Positions 38,705 to 48,089 of a stretch of DNA of 64,000 nt are shown here, one piece after another. The notes beneath the pieces were generated by a model. The model was given only the letters and a program-made list of their open reading frames with translations. It did not search any database and was not told where the DNA came from. Made by a program: the position numbers and the translations under genes. Positions within the stretch are counted from its first letter, which is position 1. Each line of letters starts with the position of its first letter. Source of the stretch: Candidatus Fermentibacteraceae bacterium (lineage in GTDB: Bacteria > Fermentibacterota > Fermentibacteria > Fermentibacterales > JCC-6); assembly GCA_041750285.1 (NCBI GenBank), contig JBGSZS010000009.1, positions 116,910 to 180,909 of the forward strand. Direction: 5' to 3'.

Positions 38705-39811
38705 ATGAAGACATTGCGCATTCTCGCGCCGCTCGCGGTCCTGGCTTTCGGCTGCGGACGGCAGCAGTTGCCAGCGGAGGCGGAAATCCCGCTCTGCAAC
38801 CTTTCCATTCTTGACTCGGTGGGAGTGGAACTGGGTGATTCGGCCTACATCTTCGGCGGGATCATGGGCATCGAGTTCATGCCGGATGGGGGGTTTGCCG
38901 TTCTGGACAGGGCCACATGCAACATCAGGCTGTTCACGAACACGGGGGAACACACCGCAACCATAGGCAGAAGGGGCACCGGTCCCGGCGAGATAGTCCA
39001 GCCCTATGGCCTGCTGCTCTGGTCGAACGGCGACCTCGGTGTGATCGATCCGTTCCAGGGCGGTCTTCTGAGGTTCAGCCCCGAGGGCGAGTATATGGGA
39101 ATCGTGTTCGAGGCAACCCACAACATCCCCTTCGATCCAAGAATGGTTGGCGACACCGCGTATATCGCACAGAGAACGGCCATCGAAACCGAGGGCGACC
39201 AGGTCTTCATGGAGACCTATCTGGGATTCTTCCCAATGACCCATGAGCCGTCACGCAAGTACATCTCGGACAGGGTTCCCCTGGACCCGGCCAACATGGC
39301 CGATTACATCCTGCACAGCTTCTTCTACAGCTCGTGGGCGGTCGACCCCGCAAGCGGAACGCTTTACGCTTCACCCTTTCACGAAGGTGAATACAGGATA
39401 CTGGCGTTCCCCTTCGACGGAGGCGATCCACGGGTGATATCCATGGAGGTCGAGCCGGTCGCCAAGACACCCGAGGAGATCCAGCTCGAGAAGGCCTTCG
39501 TGGCATCATACCTTACCGCCGCCGAGGGCGGCAATCCGATGTACGACGTCAACTGCGAGCCATGGCCCTTCAAGCTTCCGGTCGAGGGCATGTACGTTGA
39601 TGACTCGGGGAACCTGTGGGTTCTCAGGGGGGATACCGGGGATGTGCTGTTCAACGTATGGAACGGCTCCGGCGAACGGATCTTCGATGTGGCGCTTCCC
39701 GGATTCCCGGCGGGCGACCACAGTTTCAGGATCAGGGGTGACCGCATGCTGCTCTGGCGGGAGAACCCCACCGACTACCAGAAGGTTTATATAATCGCAA
39801 TCCCATGGTAG
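38705..39811 (+). CDS. 6-bladed beta-propeller lipoprotein
   Basis: Lipobox AFGC, IGRRGTGPGE, SGNLWV; paralog of 18622-19767. Confidence 0.75.
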   Translation: MKTLRILAPLAVLAFGCGRQQLPAEAEIPLCNLSILDSVGVELGDSAYIFGGIMGIEFMPDGGFAVLDRATCNIRLFTNTGEHTATIGRRGTGPGEIVQPYGLLLWSNGDLGVIDPFQGGLLRFSPEGEYMGIVFEATHNIPFDPRMVGDTAYIAQRTAIETEGDQVFMETYLGFFPMTHEPSRKYISDRVPLDPANMADYILHSFFYSSWAVDPASGTLYASPFHEGEYRILAFPFDGGDPRVISMEVEPVAKTPEEIQLEKAFVASYLTAAEGGNPMYDVNCEPWPFKLPVEGMYVDDSGNLWVLRGDTGDVLFNVWNGSGERIFDVALPGFPAGDHSFRIRGDRMLLWRENPTDYQKVYIIAIPW

Positions 39812-39835
39812 GGAACGCATACCCGGAGGGAAAAC

Positions 39836-40441
39836 ATGAGACCTTTGCTTTTCGCCCTGTTCGTTATGGCCGCTGCCGTTCACGCCGCCACGGCAACCTG
39901 TGAATGGGAGGGGACCGAAACCGTTCTCGGGCTTTACGGGACCGGCACACCCCCCATCATAGTCTCCCTGGTCTCCGACCCCGTTCACGGAGGATCCCAG
40001 GCCCTGAGCCTCGAGGACAACTCCCCTTCAGGTACCCCACAGGCCTACGTCGCCTGGATCGTGGGGCTTTCCGACGGCGACGAGGTAACGGCCAGCTTCT
40101 GGCGCTACGACATCACGCCGGGCAGCACACCGCCCTCGTGCAGGATCTGGGGCCACTGGAACGATGATCCTGAAGACCTTTACGGCTACACCGGCAGCGC
40201 CGGGGGCAACAACGACTACGGCCCCGGTACGGGCTGGGACATGGTCGAGTACTCCTGGACCGTTGCTGAAGGCCACACGGGGCTCGTAGTCGAGATCAGG
40301 ACCTATTCGGAACCGGGTGACACGGTGTTCATCGATGACCTCACCGTCACAGCTCCCGATGGCGCCACGATCTGGACTCCCGAGAACTACCTCTCGCTTC
40401 AGGGAACCACCTGGGCGGGCATCAAGAGCCTTTCCTGGTAG
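39836..40441 (+). CDS. Secreted beta-sandwich protein with C-terminal TWxxIK motif
   Basis: GGAGG RBS, signal peptide, CBM-like beta-rich core (VFIDDL), ends SLQGTTWAGIKSLSW. Confidence 0.7.
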   Translation: MRPLLFALFVMAAAVHAATATCEWEGTETVLGLYGTGTPPIIVSLVSDPVHGGSQALSLEDNSPSGTPQAYVAWIVGLSDGDEVTASFWRYDITPGSTPPSCRIWGHWNDDPEDLYGYTGSAGGNNDYGPGTGWDMVEYSWTVAEGHTGLVVEIRTYSEPGDTVFIDDLTVTAPDGATIWTPENYLSLQGTTWAGIKSLSW

Positions 40442-40450
40442 AAGCAAGGG

Positions 40451-42721
40451 TCAGAACTCGTACTCAAGCCCGACAACGGGCATGATCCCCCACTGGAGTA
40501 TCGTGTCCGCGCTTCTGGTGACGCCGTTCCAGTAGACGGCGGCGATGTTCCTGCGGTCGTATACGTTCCATACCGACGCGTAGGTCACCAGGGCCGTTCC
40601 CCGGAAGTTGAAGCGCCTGTCCACCCTCAGGTTCAGGGCATGGTAAGCGGGAAGGCGTTCAGCATTGATGCGTGAATCGTCCAGAATGGTCCGGTTGTAC
40701 AGGGCGCTGGCTTCAAGGTCCAGGGGGGTGTACGGTCTTCCCCCGGCGTAGTCCCATCTGACCGATGCCTCCCAGCGTTCGTCGAACTTGTAGCCCCCCT
40801 CGATGCCCACCATCAGCCTGTTGTCGTATATCCTGCTTCTCCACTGCGCTCCCGGGCTCCGGTACGATGAAGACGACCATGAGCCCGATACGATCCCGTA
40901 CAGACCCATCGCCAGACGTTTGTGAAGGGTGATCTCGAGCCCCCGGGAACGAGCACGGGCACCGGACTCAAGTGTGCTGAAGGTGTAGAGGTCCTGCTCG
41001 CTCCCCAGCCCGTCCAGAATGAAGTAACCGGGCTGCCCCGGATCATAGGGGAAGTCCGAATACTCTTTCGAATAGGCCTCAACGACAAGACGGGTGTCCT
41101 CACCAAGGAGCTTACGCCATCCAACGACGGCATGCACCGCCGACGGCTCGGCGAGCTCTTCGAATGCGGGATCTCTGGCAATGAGCTCATCCGGCAGGGC
41201 CTGCCTGTAAACCCCTGCGGAGGCGGTTATCGTGCTGCCCTCACCCACCGGCATGCTGACCGACCCGCGGGGCGAAAAGGATGCCTCATCGCTCGCGCCG
41301 TTGAAATCACCCCGGACTCCCACGGTGGCCGTGAGCACAGGGGAGACGGCAAGTGAAGCCTCGGCAAAGACACCTGCCCTGCCGTACTCCACGCTCTTCC
41401 GAACCGAGAGGGGGGGGAGGGGCTCTCCGCTCCAGGTTGTGTCGGCCCCGTAAAAGTTGTCGAAGTCATCGAACCGGTATGCCGCATCGGTTCCAAAGCT
41501 CAATTCAAGCGTTCGGGACGCCTGCCATGTGTTCGCGTTCCTGAGCCGAAGCGCCCTCTCCCTTGAATCCTGCACGGCCTCCAGCTCACGGTTCGCCGTC
41601 TTGCTGTAATCCCCGCCGTAGGTCAGGGTGGAGAATGAAAGGGATGTCTCGCTGAAGCCATTCCCTTCCCAGAGCCACCGCCAGTTCAGCCCGGAAAGGA
41701 TGTTGTTGCCCCTCGTTATGCCGTAGTTGGGGTTGCCGTCTTCCCACGCCTGCTCCCAGGTGTAGTCGACGTAGTCAACCGCTCCAATCCCCAGGAACGT
41801 CAGCCTGTGGTCGGGGGACAGGTCGTGATCGGTCTTCACCATGAAGTCGGAGTAGACCGGCACCGCGTCGATCTCGGCTATGTCGGCAAGAAGGCTGATC
41901 CAGGAGTGTCTCGCTGTGACCAGCCATGATCCGGCATCGCCGGGAAGCGGTCCCTCGAGCACGGTCCCGGCGCCGGCCATTCCGAAGTCCAGCTGCCCGT
42001 CGAACTCCTGCCTGTTGCCGGACCTCATGTCAAGCTCCATCACCGAGGACAGCCTGTCACCGAAGGATGTCCCGAAGCCGCCTGCGGAGAAGCGGACGTC
42101 GGAAAGGACATCCACGTTCACCATGGAAAGTCCGCCGCCCGATGTTCCCTGTCTGGGAAAATGGTTGATGTTCCCCATCTCCATGTTCTCTATGTAGATG
42201 CCGTTCTCGAAGGGATTGCCCCCACGGACCGCCAGGCCGTTGTACTGGTTGTCGACCTTCGACACGGATGGAAGCCCGGCGATTATCCTCACGACATCAC
42301 CGGCGGACCCCGGCGCCCGTCGCACCTCCTCGCCCGAGAAGCCCTGGGAGCTTCCCGCGCGGTCATCTTCCCCCGAGAAGTACGAAGGCCTGACGGTGAT
42401 CGTGCCACCCGCCACGGGTGCCCTTTCCAGAACAACATCAACGGATGTCAACCGCCCCGACCTCACTATGACGTCGGCCTTCAGCCCGGGGTGATGCCCC
42501 ACCGAGGAAACCCTCAGACCGTAGCTTCCCACAGGCACAGAAGTTATTGAGTATTCACCGCCTGCATCAGTGATGGCCCCCAGTTCGGTTCCGTCGAGGA
42601 TCACAAAAGCCCCGGCAACGGGTTCCATCGTTCCGGCGGTAACAACCGACCCGGCAACCCTGCCGCTCGGTTCGGTCCCGAACACGACTCCTGCAAAGAG
42701 AGCTATCGTGAGTGCTTTCAT
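40451..42721 (-). CDS. TonB-dependent receptor with carboxypeptidase-regulatory-like N-domain
   Basis: GAITDAGGEY, plug VRGG...EN, GGFG..FGDRLSSV, RLPAYH.LNLR, C-terminal LEYEF. Confidence 0.9.
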   Translation of the reverse strand: MKALTIALFAGVVFGTEPSGRVAGSVVTAGTMEPVAGAFVILDGTELGAITDAGGEYSITSVPVGSYGLRVSSVGHHPGLKADVIVRSGRLTSVDVVLERAPVAGGTITVRPSYFSGEDDRAGSSQGFSGEEVRRAPGSAGDVVRIIAGLPSVSKVDNQYNGLAVRGGNPFENGIYIENMEMGNINHFPRQGTSGGGLSMVNVDVLSDVRFSAGGFGTSFGDRLSSVMELDMRSGNRQEFDGQLDFGMAGAGTVLEGPLPGDAGSWLVTARHSWISLLADIAEIDAVPVYSDFMVKTDHDLSPDHRLTFLGIGAVDYVDYTWEQAWEDGNPNYGITRGNNILSGLNWRWLWEGNGFSETSLSFSTLTYGGDYSKTANRELEAVQDSRERALRLRNANTWQASRTLELSFGTDAAYRFDDFDNFYGADTTWSGEPLPPLSVRKSVEYGRAGVFAEASLAVSPVLTATVGVRGDFNGASDEASFSPRGSVSMPVGEGSTITASAGVYRQALPDELIARDPAFEELAEPSAVHAVVGWRKLLGEDTRLVVEAYSKEYSDFPYDPGQPGYFILDGLGSEQDLYTFSTLESGARARSRGLEITLHKRLAMGLYGIVSGSWSSSSYRSPGAQWRSRIYDNRLMVGIEGGYKFDERWEASVRWDYAGGRPYTPLDLEASALYNRTILDDSRINAERLPAYHALNLRVDRRFNFRGTALVTYASVWNVYDRRNIAAVYWNGVTRSADTILQWGIMPVVGLEYEF

Positions 42722-42744
42722 CAAGGGTTCCTTTCATCCACTGG

Positions 42745-42777
42745 TTAAACGATTGTTTCAAACATATGTTTGAAACA
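42745..42777. promoter_or_regulatory. Palindromic operator(s) between the divergent TonB receptor and TetR genes
   Basis: Perfect 24-bp palindrome TGTTTCAAACATATGTTTGAAACA at 42754-42777, plus an overlapping weaker TTAAAC-GATT-GTTTCA. Confidence 0.75.
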
Positions 42778-42855
42778 CAGCGGGTGCAACCCCCGGAAAA
42801 AGACTTGCGGACAGGGCCGGGAATTCGTACGCTACAGGGATGGCCGGGAGGCAGC

Positions 42856-43524
42856 TTGAGCGATCAAACAACAAAGGAACGCATTCTCATCGCGGCGATA
42901 TCAATCGTGGAAAAGGAGGGCATCAGCGCGATCACCATGCGCCGGATAGCCCGTGACGCCGGCGTGAACACCGCCGCCGTGAACTACCATTTCGGCTCGA
43001 GGGCAAACCTCGTGAGAGCAGTGCTTGACGCGTCGATGGGGCACGCGGTCGATGACTGGGCAATGGTGATCGGCACTGATGGGCTCGGACCCGCCGCCAG
43101 GCTTCACTGCCTTCTCCACCTTCTCATGGAGGGGGTTACCCGCTACCCGGGCATGGTGCGTACCCAGCTCTTCGACCCCGACGTCAGCGAGCTTGCCACG
43201 GCCGCCTTTTCCAGGGAGTTCTCATCGTTCCTTGACATGGCCGCAGAAACACTCGGAGGGCTTATCGCAGCGGCAGGGGAAGACCTTCGCCTTTCCCTGG
43301 CCCAGATGATCTCCTCGACCGTAACACTTGCCTTGATCCCCGACCTGTTCAGGGCCTCAACGGGCGCCGGGCTACAGGCGCATGAGGCGAGGGAGCATCA
43401 CGTAGCGAATCTGATCCGGTGCTTCACCGGTCTTGAGCCGGACTTTTCCCCAGAGGAGCAGTCGATAATGAACACCCTCATGTCCGAGGCCTTTTCGGGC
43501 TCGGGTGTCCGGGACATACCATGA
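42856..43524 (+). CDS. TetR/AcrR family transcriptional regulator
   Basis: TKERIL.AA..G....TMRRIARDAGVNTAAVNYHFGS HTH; TTG start after GGGAGG. Confidence 0.9.
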   Translation: MSDQTTKERILIAAISIVEKEGISAITMRRIARDAGVNTAAVNYHFGSRANLVRAVLDASMGHAVDDWAMVIGTDGLGPAARLHCLLHLLMEGVTRYPGMVRTQLFDPDVSELATAAFSREFSSFLDMAAETLGGLIAAAGEDLRLSLAQMISSTVTLALIPDLFRASTGAGLQAHEAREHHVANLIRCFTGLEPDFSPEEQSIMNTLMSEAFSGSGVRDIP

Positions 43525-45335
43525 ATTTCGAGCTGATAGGCACCTTTGCCGTCCTTGGAATCGCTGTGACCCTGTTCCTTACGGAAAGGCTGCGCCCTGA
43601 TGTGGTGGCGCTGGCCACCGTGGCTGCCCTGGCCGGGATCGGCGTCCTCACCGCTCCGGAATCATTCTCGGGGTTCAGCAGCCAGGCCGTGATCACCCTG
43701 ATCTCGGTCTTCATCCTCGCGGAAGGCCTCACCCGAACCGGGGTTTCCGACCAGGCCGCCCGGCTCCTCCTCCGGTGGGGCGGCCGAAGCGAGGGCAGGC
43801 TCGTGGGGCTTGTCATGGCTGCGGGCGCCGGGCTTTCACTTTTCCTGAACAACATCGCCGCGGCGGCCGTGCTCCTGCCGGCCGCGGGAGGCGCCGCCAG
43901 AAAGGCCGGCATATCCCCATCGAAGGTCCTGATGCCATTGGCCTTCGCCACAATCCTGGGAGGGATGGCCACGCTGCTCACCACCATGAACATCGTTGTC
44001 AGCAGTGTTCTCCAGGAGGGCGGGCACAGGGGTTTCGGACTGCTCGACTTCCTTCCGGTGGGTTTTCCCATGCTCGTAGCCGGAATAGTCTACATGACCC
44101 TCTGGGGCAGACGCCGCCTTCCGTCGGGAGAGGGCCGGGACGAGGTGATGAGGGCAGTCCGCGGAGAAAGCGACCTGCTGGACATCTACAGGATGGGAGA
44201 CTACTTCTTCAGGGCACGCATACCCGCATCATCGTATCTCATAGGCAAAACCCTTGCCCGAAGCACCTTCAGGGAGGCTTACGGCCTGAACGTGGTGGCG
44301 GTTGAGAACAGGAACGGGCAACTGAACATGCTCCAGCCCGACACCGTTTTCGAGACCGGAGACATCCTGATCCTGGAGGGTGACGCCGAGGAGTTCAGAA
44401 AGAGGGACAGGGAACCCTACCTCGAGATCCTCCCTTGTCAGCCGCTCTGCGAGAAGGACCTCCAGACCATCTCGACGGTATTCGCCGAGGCGATGCTCTC
44501 CCCCCGCTCAAGCCTCACGGGCCGCACCGTGAGGGAGGTATTGTTCAGACAGAAGTTCGGCATGTCGGTGCTAGCGGTCTGGCGCCAGGGTGAACCCATC
44601 AGGGAAGACATCGGCAACCTGAAGCTTGCCTTCGGAGACGCACTGCTCATGCAGGGTCCCCGGGACAGGCTCAAGCTAATCGACCTCGACCCCGACCTGA
44701 TACTCCTCTCGATGGAGCGCGACACACTTCCGGTCAAAAAAATGGGCAGGATCGCCCTGCTCATCCTCGCGGCGACACTCGCTGCCGTGGTCTTCACGCC
44801 GGTGCCAATGGCCCAGCTTCTTCTCACCGGAGCAGTGCTGATGCTCCTCGCAGGTGCCGTGACCATGGAGCAGGCCTACCGTGCCATTGACTGGAGGGGC
44901 ATCTTCCTGGTGGCAGGGATGCTGCCGCTTGCTCTGGCCCTCACCAAATCAGGCGCTGCAGCCATGACTTCAACTGTCTTCGTCTCGGTGTTCGGCCAGT
45001 TCAGCCCCGTGGTGATAGTTACAGCCCTATTCCTGGTTTCCGCGGCACTTACCCAGGCCGTCAGCGGGGCAGCCGTCGCCGCCATAATGGCACCCATTGC
45101 CATCGCGGCCGCAAACGGATCCGGAGCCCCTCCCCACGCACTTGGCATGGCTGTGGCCCTGGGCTCTTCAATGGCGTTCCTGACACCCCTCGGGCACCCC
45201 GTGAACACTCTTGTAATGGGGGCGGGGGGCTACCGCTTCAATGATTACAGAAGGGTTGGATGGCCGCTTTTCCTGATACTCGCATTGGTTGGAATCGCAG
45301 GGATGACCCTGCGCTGGAGCCTTTTCAGGCAGTGA
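43521..45335 (+). CDS. SLC13 family permease with two TrkA-C domains
   Basis: RPDVVAL, FLNNIAA, SKVLMPLAF..ILGG, TrkA-C repeats, AFLTPLGHPVN.LVMG.GGY.F.DY. Confidence 0.9.
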   Translation: MNFELIGTFAVLGIAVTLFLTERLRPDVVALATVAALAGIGVLTAPESFSGFSSQAVITLISVFILAEGLTRTGVSDQAARLLLRWGGRSEGRLVGLVMAAGAGLSLFLNNIAAAAVLLPAAGGAARKAGISPSKVLMPLAFATILGGMATLLTTMNIVVSSVLQEGGHRGFGLLDFLPVGFPMLVAGIVYMTLWGRRRLPSGEGRDEVMRAVRGESDLLDIYRMGDYFFRARIPASSYLIGKTLARSTFREAYGLNVVAVENRNGQLNMLQPDTVFETGDILILEGDAEEFRKRDREPYLEILPCQPLCEKDLQTISTVFAEAMLSPRSSLTGRTVREVLFRQKFGMSVLAVWRQGEPIREDIGNLKLAFGDALLMQGPRDRLKLIDLDPDLILLSMERDTLPVKKMGRIALLILAATLAAVVFTPVPMAQLLLTGAVLMLLAGAVTMEQAYRAIDWRGIFLVAGMLPLALALTKSGAAAMTSTVFVSVFGQFSPVVIVTALFLVSAALTQAVSGAAVAAIMAPIAIAAANGSGAPPHALGMAVALGSSMAFLTPLGHPVNTLVMGAGGYRFNDYRRVGWPLFLILALVGIAGMTLRWSLFRQ

Positions 45336-45340
45336 AAGAT

Positions 45341-45416
45341 TGGCGCTCCCAAGGGGGCTCGAACCCCTGTTTCCGGCGTGAGAGGCCAGCGTCCTAGACC
45401 ACTAGACGATGGGAGC
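45341..45416 (-). tRNA. tRNA-Glu (CTC)
   Basis: Acceptor stem GCTCCCA/TGGGAGC, anticodon loop CT-CTC-AC, GTTCGAG T-loop, encoded CCA; directly downstream of gltX. Confidence 0.93.
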
Positions 45417-45451
45417 GCGGAGCGGGAATATTCGCACGGGACCCGAAACCG

Positions 45452-46933
45452 TCAACCCCGGCCGTACTTCTTCTCGAGTGCCTTCTGCCTCTTGCCCGAG
45501 ATACCGCCCAGGACCTCGATCGCACAGTGTATCCTTCTGCGTGAAAGGTCGGGGCCCAGGACAGCCATGCCGGTATAGAGGGGAGGGCCGACCTTTGCCC
45601 CGCACAGGGCGCCGTAGAATGGCGCGTTAAGATCCCTCGGTTTCATTCCGAACTCCTGTGACAGTCTTTCGAAGACGGCACGGATGCACTCTTCGTTCCA
45701 CTCTGCAACCTCTTCGAGGTACCAGAGCGAAAGCTGAAAAAGCTCCTTGACCCCTTCGGCATCGAGCCCGTTCGCTTCCAGGGTGTCGGGCGAGGGGTCT
45801 GTCGAGTCGCTGAAGAACATCGCGGAAAGTCTGGCCCAGTCGCCCAGGGTTTCCATCCTGTCCTCCACGACACCGAGAACGCTTCCGATGTATCCGGGGT
45901 TGAGCGCCCATTCCGAAAGTACGGGAAGAAGTGTCTCGGGCGTGTAGTCCTCACGGATGTACCGGCCGTTCAGCCAGCGCAGCTTGTCGAGGTCGAACAC
46001 CGGCCCGCCGAGGCGGATGTCCGAAAGTTCGAAATGGGGCACCATCTCACCGAACGTGAATTTCTCAACCCCCTCCGGCATGCTCCATCCCATCATCCCA
46101 AGGTAGTTCAGAAGGGCTTCGGGCAAAAAGCCCGCCCTGCGGTAGTACTGGATCGAGGTGGGGTTCTTCCTTTTGCTCAGCTTGCTCTTGTCGGGGTTGC
46201 GAAGCAGGGGCAGGTGGCAGAACACGGGAGGGGTCCAGCCGAACATATCGTAGAGCAGCACGTGTTTGGGAACCGAGTTTATCCACTCCTCGCCCCGGAT
46301 GATGTGGGTTATCTCCATGAGGTGATCATCCACGACAACGGCGAGATGGTAGGTGGGAAAGCCGTCGCTCTTCATGATGACCTGATCGTCCACGGACGAC
46401 CAGTCCTTCCTTATCTCTCCCCTGAGCAGGTCGGTGAAAACGCACTCGCCTTCATGGGGCGTTTTCATTCTCACCACATGGGGCTCACCGGCACCGATCC
46501 TCTTTTCAGCCTCTTCCCGTGGTATCTCGCGGCAAAGGCCGTCGTATCCCCTGTTGGAATCCCCTCTGGCGAGCTGTTCCTGCCGGGCGGCCTCGAGCCT
46601 TTCCCGTGTGCAGAAGCAGGGGTAGGCATTGCCTTCGGAAAGAAGCCTGTTCACGTGTTCCCTGTAGATCGGGAGCCTTTCGCTCTGCCTGTAGGGTCCT
46701 TTGGGCCCACCGATGTCGGGCCCCTCGTCCCAGGTGAGACCGAGCCACTTAAGGCAGTCGATTATCGCCTTCTCATGCCTTGGGTTTGAGCGCTCGCGGT
46801 CGGTGTCCTCTATGCGGAGGATGAAGCTTCCGCCGTTCTTCACGGCCCAGAGCTTTCCAAAAAGAGCCTGATACGCCGTTCCGACATGTGGGTCGCCGGT
46901 GGGCGAAGGCGCTAGCCTTGTTCTGAACGCCAT
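45452..46933 (-). CDS. gltX: Glutamate--tRNA ligase
   Basis: RTRLAPSPTGDPHVG (HIGH), LRIEDTD, PTYHLAVVVDD, IIRGEEW, KLSKR. Confidence 0.96.
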   Translation of the reverse strand: MAFRTRLAPSPTGDPHVGTAYQALFGKLWAVKNGGSFILRIEDTDRERSNPRHEKAIIDCLKWLGLTWDEGPDIGGPKGPYRQSERLPIYREHVNRLLSEGNAYPCFCTRERLEAARQEQLARGDSNRGYDGLCREIPREEAEKRIGAGEPHVVRMKTPHEGECVFTDLLRGEIRKDWSSVDDQVIMKSDGFPTYHLAVVVDDHLMEITHIIRGEEWINSVPKHVLLYDMFGWTPPVFCHLPLLRNPDKSKLSKRKNPTSIQYYRRAGFLPEALLNYLGMMGWSMPEGVEKFTFGEMVPHFELSDIRLGGPVFDLDKLRWLNGRYIREDYTPETLLPVLSEWALNPGYIGSVLGVVEDRMETLGDWARLSAMFFSDSTDPSPDTLEANGLDAEGVKELFQLSLWYLEEVAEWNEECIRAVFERLSQEFGMKPRDLNAPFYGALCGAKVGPPLYTGMAVLGPDLSRRRIHCAIEVLGGISGKRQKALEKKYGRG

Positions 46934-47026
46934 TAAAAACCGCCTTTCCCTGAGGTGAAATATAGCCTTTTCGCCGGGGCTCCGGAGGCCGATATTCCGA
47001 AGGTGCGGCTCATGGAAGGAGAACGA

Positions 47027-47296
47027 ATGAAGATCAGTGTGAAGAAACCCTCGAAGGCGGAGCTGGACGCTCTTGGGGTTCGCTCGTGGCCAGTCTGGGA
47101 GAAGGAGGTTTCGACCTTCCCCTGGGTTTACGACCTGAGCGAGACCTGTTACCTGCTTGCGGGCAGGGTTACGGTCACCACGGCGGACGGCTCGGCGACA
47201 AGCTTCGGGGAGGGCGACCTCGTGGTGTTCCCCGAGGGCATGAGCTGCACCTGGAACATCCATTCCCCGGTGCGCAAACACTATTCGTTCGGCTGA
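47027..47296 (+). CDS. Cupin domain protein (DUF861)
   Basis: WPVWEKEVSTFPW.Y...ETCY.L.G, GDLVVFP.G.SCTW....VRKHY. Confidence 0.88.
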   Translation: MKISVKKPSKAELDALGVRSWPVWEKEVSTFPWVYDLSETCYLLAGRVTVTTADGSATSFGEGDLVVFPEGMSCTWNIHSPVRKHYSFG

Positions 47297-47310
47297 GAGG
47301 AGAGCCCCGG

Positions 47311-47790
47311 TTGGACGACTTTTCCGCAGCTCCGTGCGACACGGCCTGCCGTGTCATCACCACTCTTGTCTTCGTCATGACGGCTTTCTTCGTCTTTCTC
47401 TTTCTGCACCTCGAAGACTTCCCCCCATACGCAATGGCACTGATGCCGGCGGTGCTGATCATCACATGGGGGTTCTCGGTGAGGGGCTACTCCATCGAAC
47501 ACGGAATCCTGATCATCCAGCGCCCGTTCCTGCAAAAGTCGATCCAGCTCGGGCAGGGCCTTTCGGCAACCCGCGACCCCGAGGCCGGGAAAGGCGCCGT
47601 GAAAGTCTCGGGAAACGGCGGGCTGTTCGGTTACTACGGCTCGTTCAGAAGCAAGAGGCTGGGTCCGTTCACGGCGTACGCCACGGACTGGAAGTTCGGT
47701 GTAGTTGTGAAGACGGGCGGGAAGACCTACGTCCTCACACCCGACGAGCCGGAGATGTTCATGACCAGGCTCACGGAGTCGGCGGGTTGA
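47311..47790 (+). CDS. Bacterial PH-domain membrane protein
   Basis: Two TM helices then GNGGLFGYYG.F..AYAT...TPD; TTG start after GAGGAG. Confidence 0.78.
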   Translation: MDDFSAAPCDTACRVITTLVFVMTAFFVFLFLHLEDFPPYAMALMPAVLIITWGFSVRGYSIEHGILIIQRPFLQKSIQLGQGLSATRDPEAGKGAVKVSGNGGLFGYYGSFRSKRLGPFTAYATDWKFGVVVKTGGKTYVLTPDEPEMFMTRLTESAG

Positions 47791-47918
47791 TCAGGGTGTT
47801 GCGTGTGTCGGATGCGGGATTCACAACGCGGCAGGGCGCGGCGCACTGTTTTCGAAAGGCAGTGCTGACAGTGATCGAACCCGAACCGGAATCAGGTATC
47901 GTGTCCCCAGAATGTGAG

Positions 47919-48013
<95 letters not shown>

Positions 48014-48026
48014 GCATCAGGGGCGA

Positions 48027-48055
48027 ACTATCTCAAAACGCGGCCTTCGGGTCAA
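48027..48055 (-). promoter_or_regulatory. Sigma70-like promoter for tRNA-Ser
   Basis: TTGACC-17 bp-GATAGT on the minus strand just upstream of the tRNA. Confidence 0.55.
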
Positions 48056-48089
48056 GGCTTGATCGTTCAACAACCGGGAGGACCGAGAA

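Noticed and set aside
47896..47914. GTATCGTGTCCCCAGAAT next to the tRNA-Ser 3' end as a third copy of the inverted-repeat end
   Set aside because: Only the GTCCCC hexamer matches, which is expected by chance in GC-rich sequence
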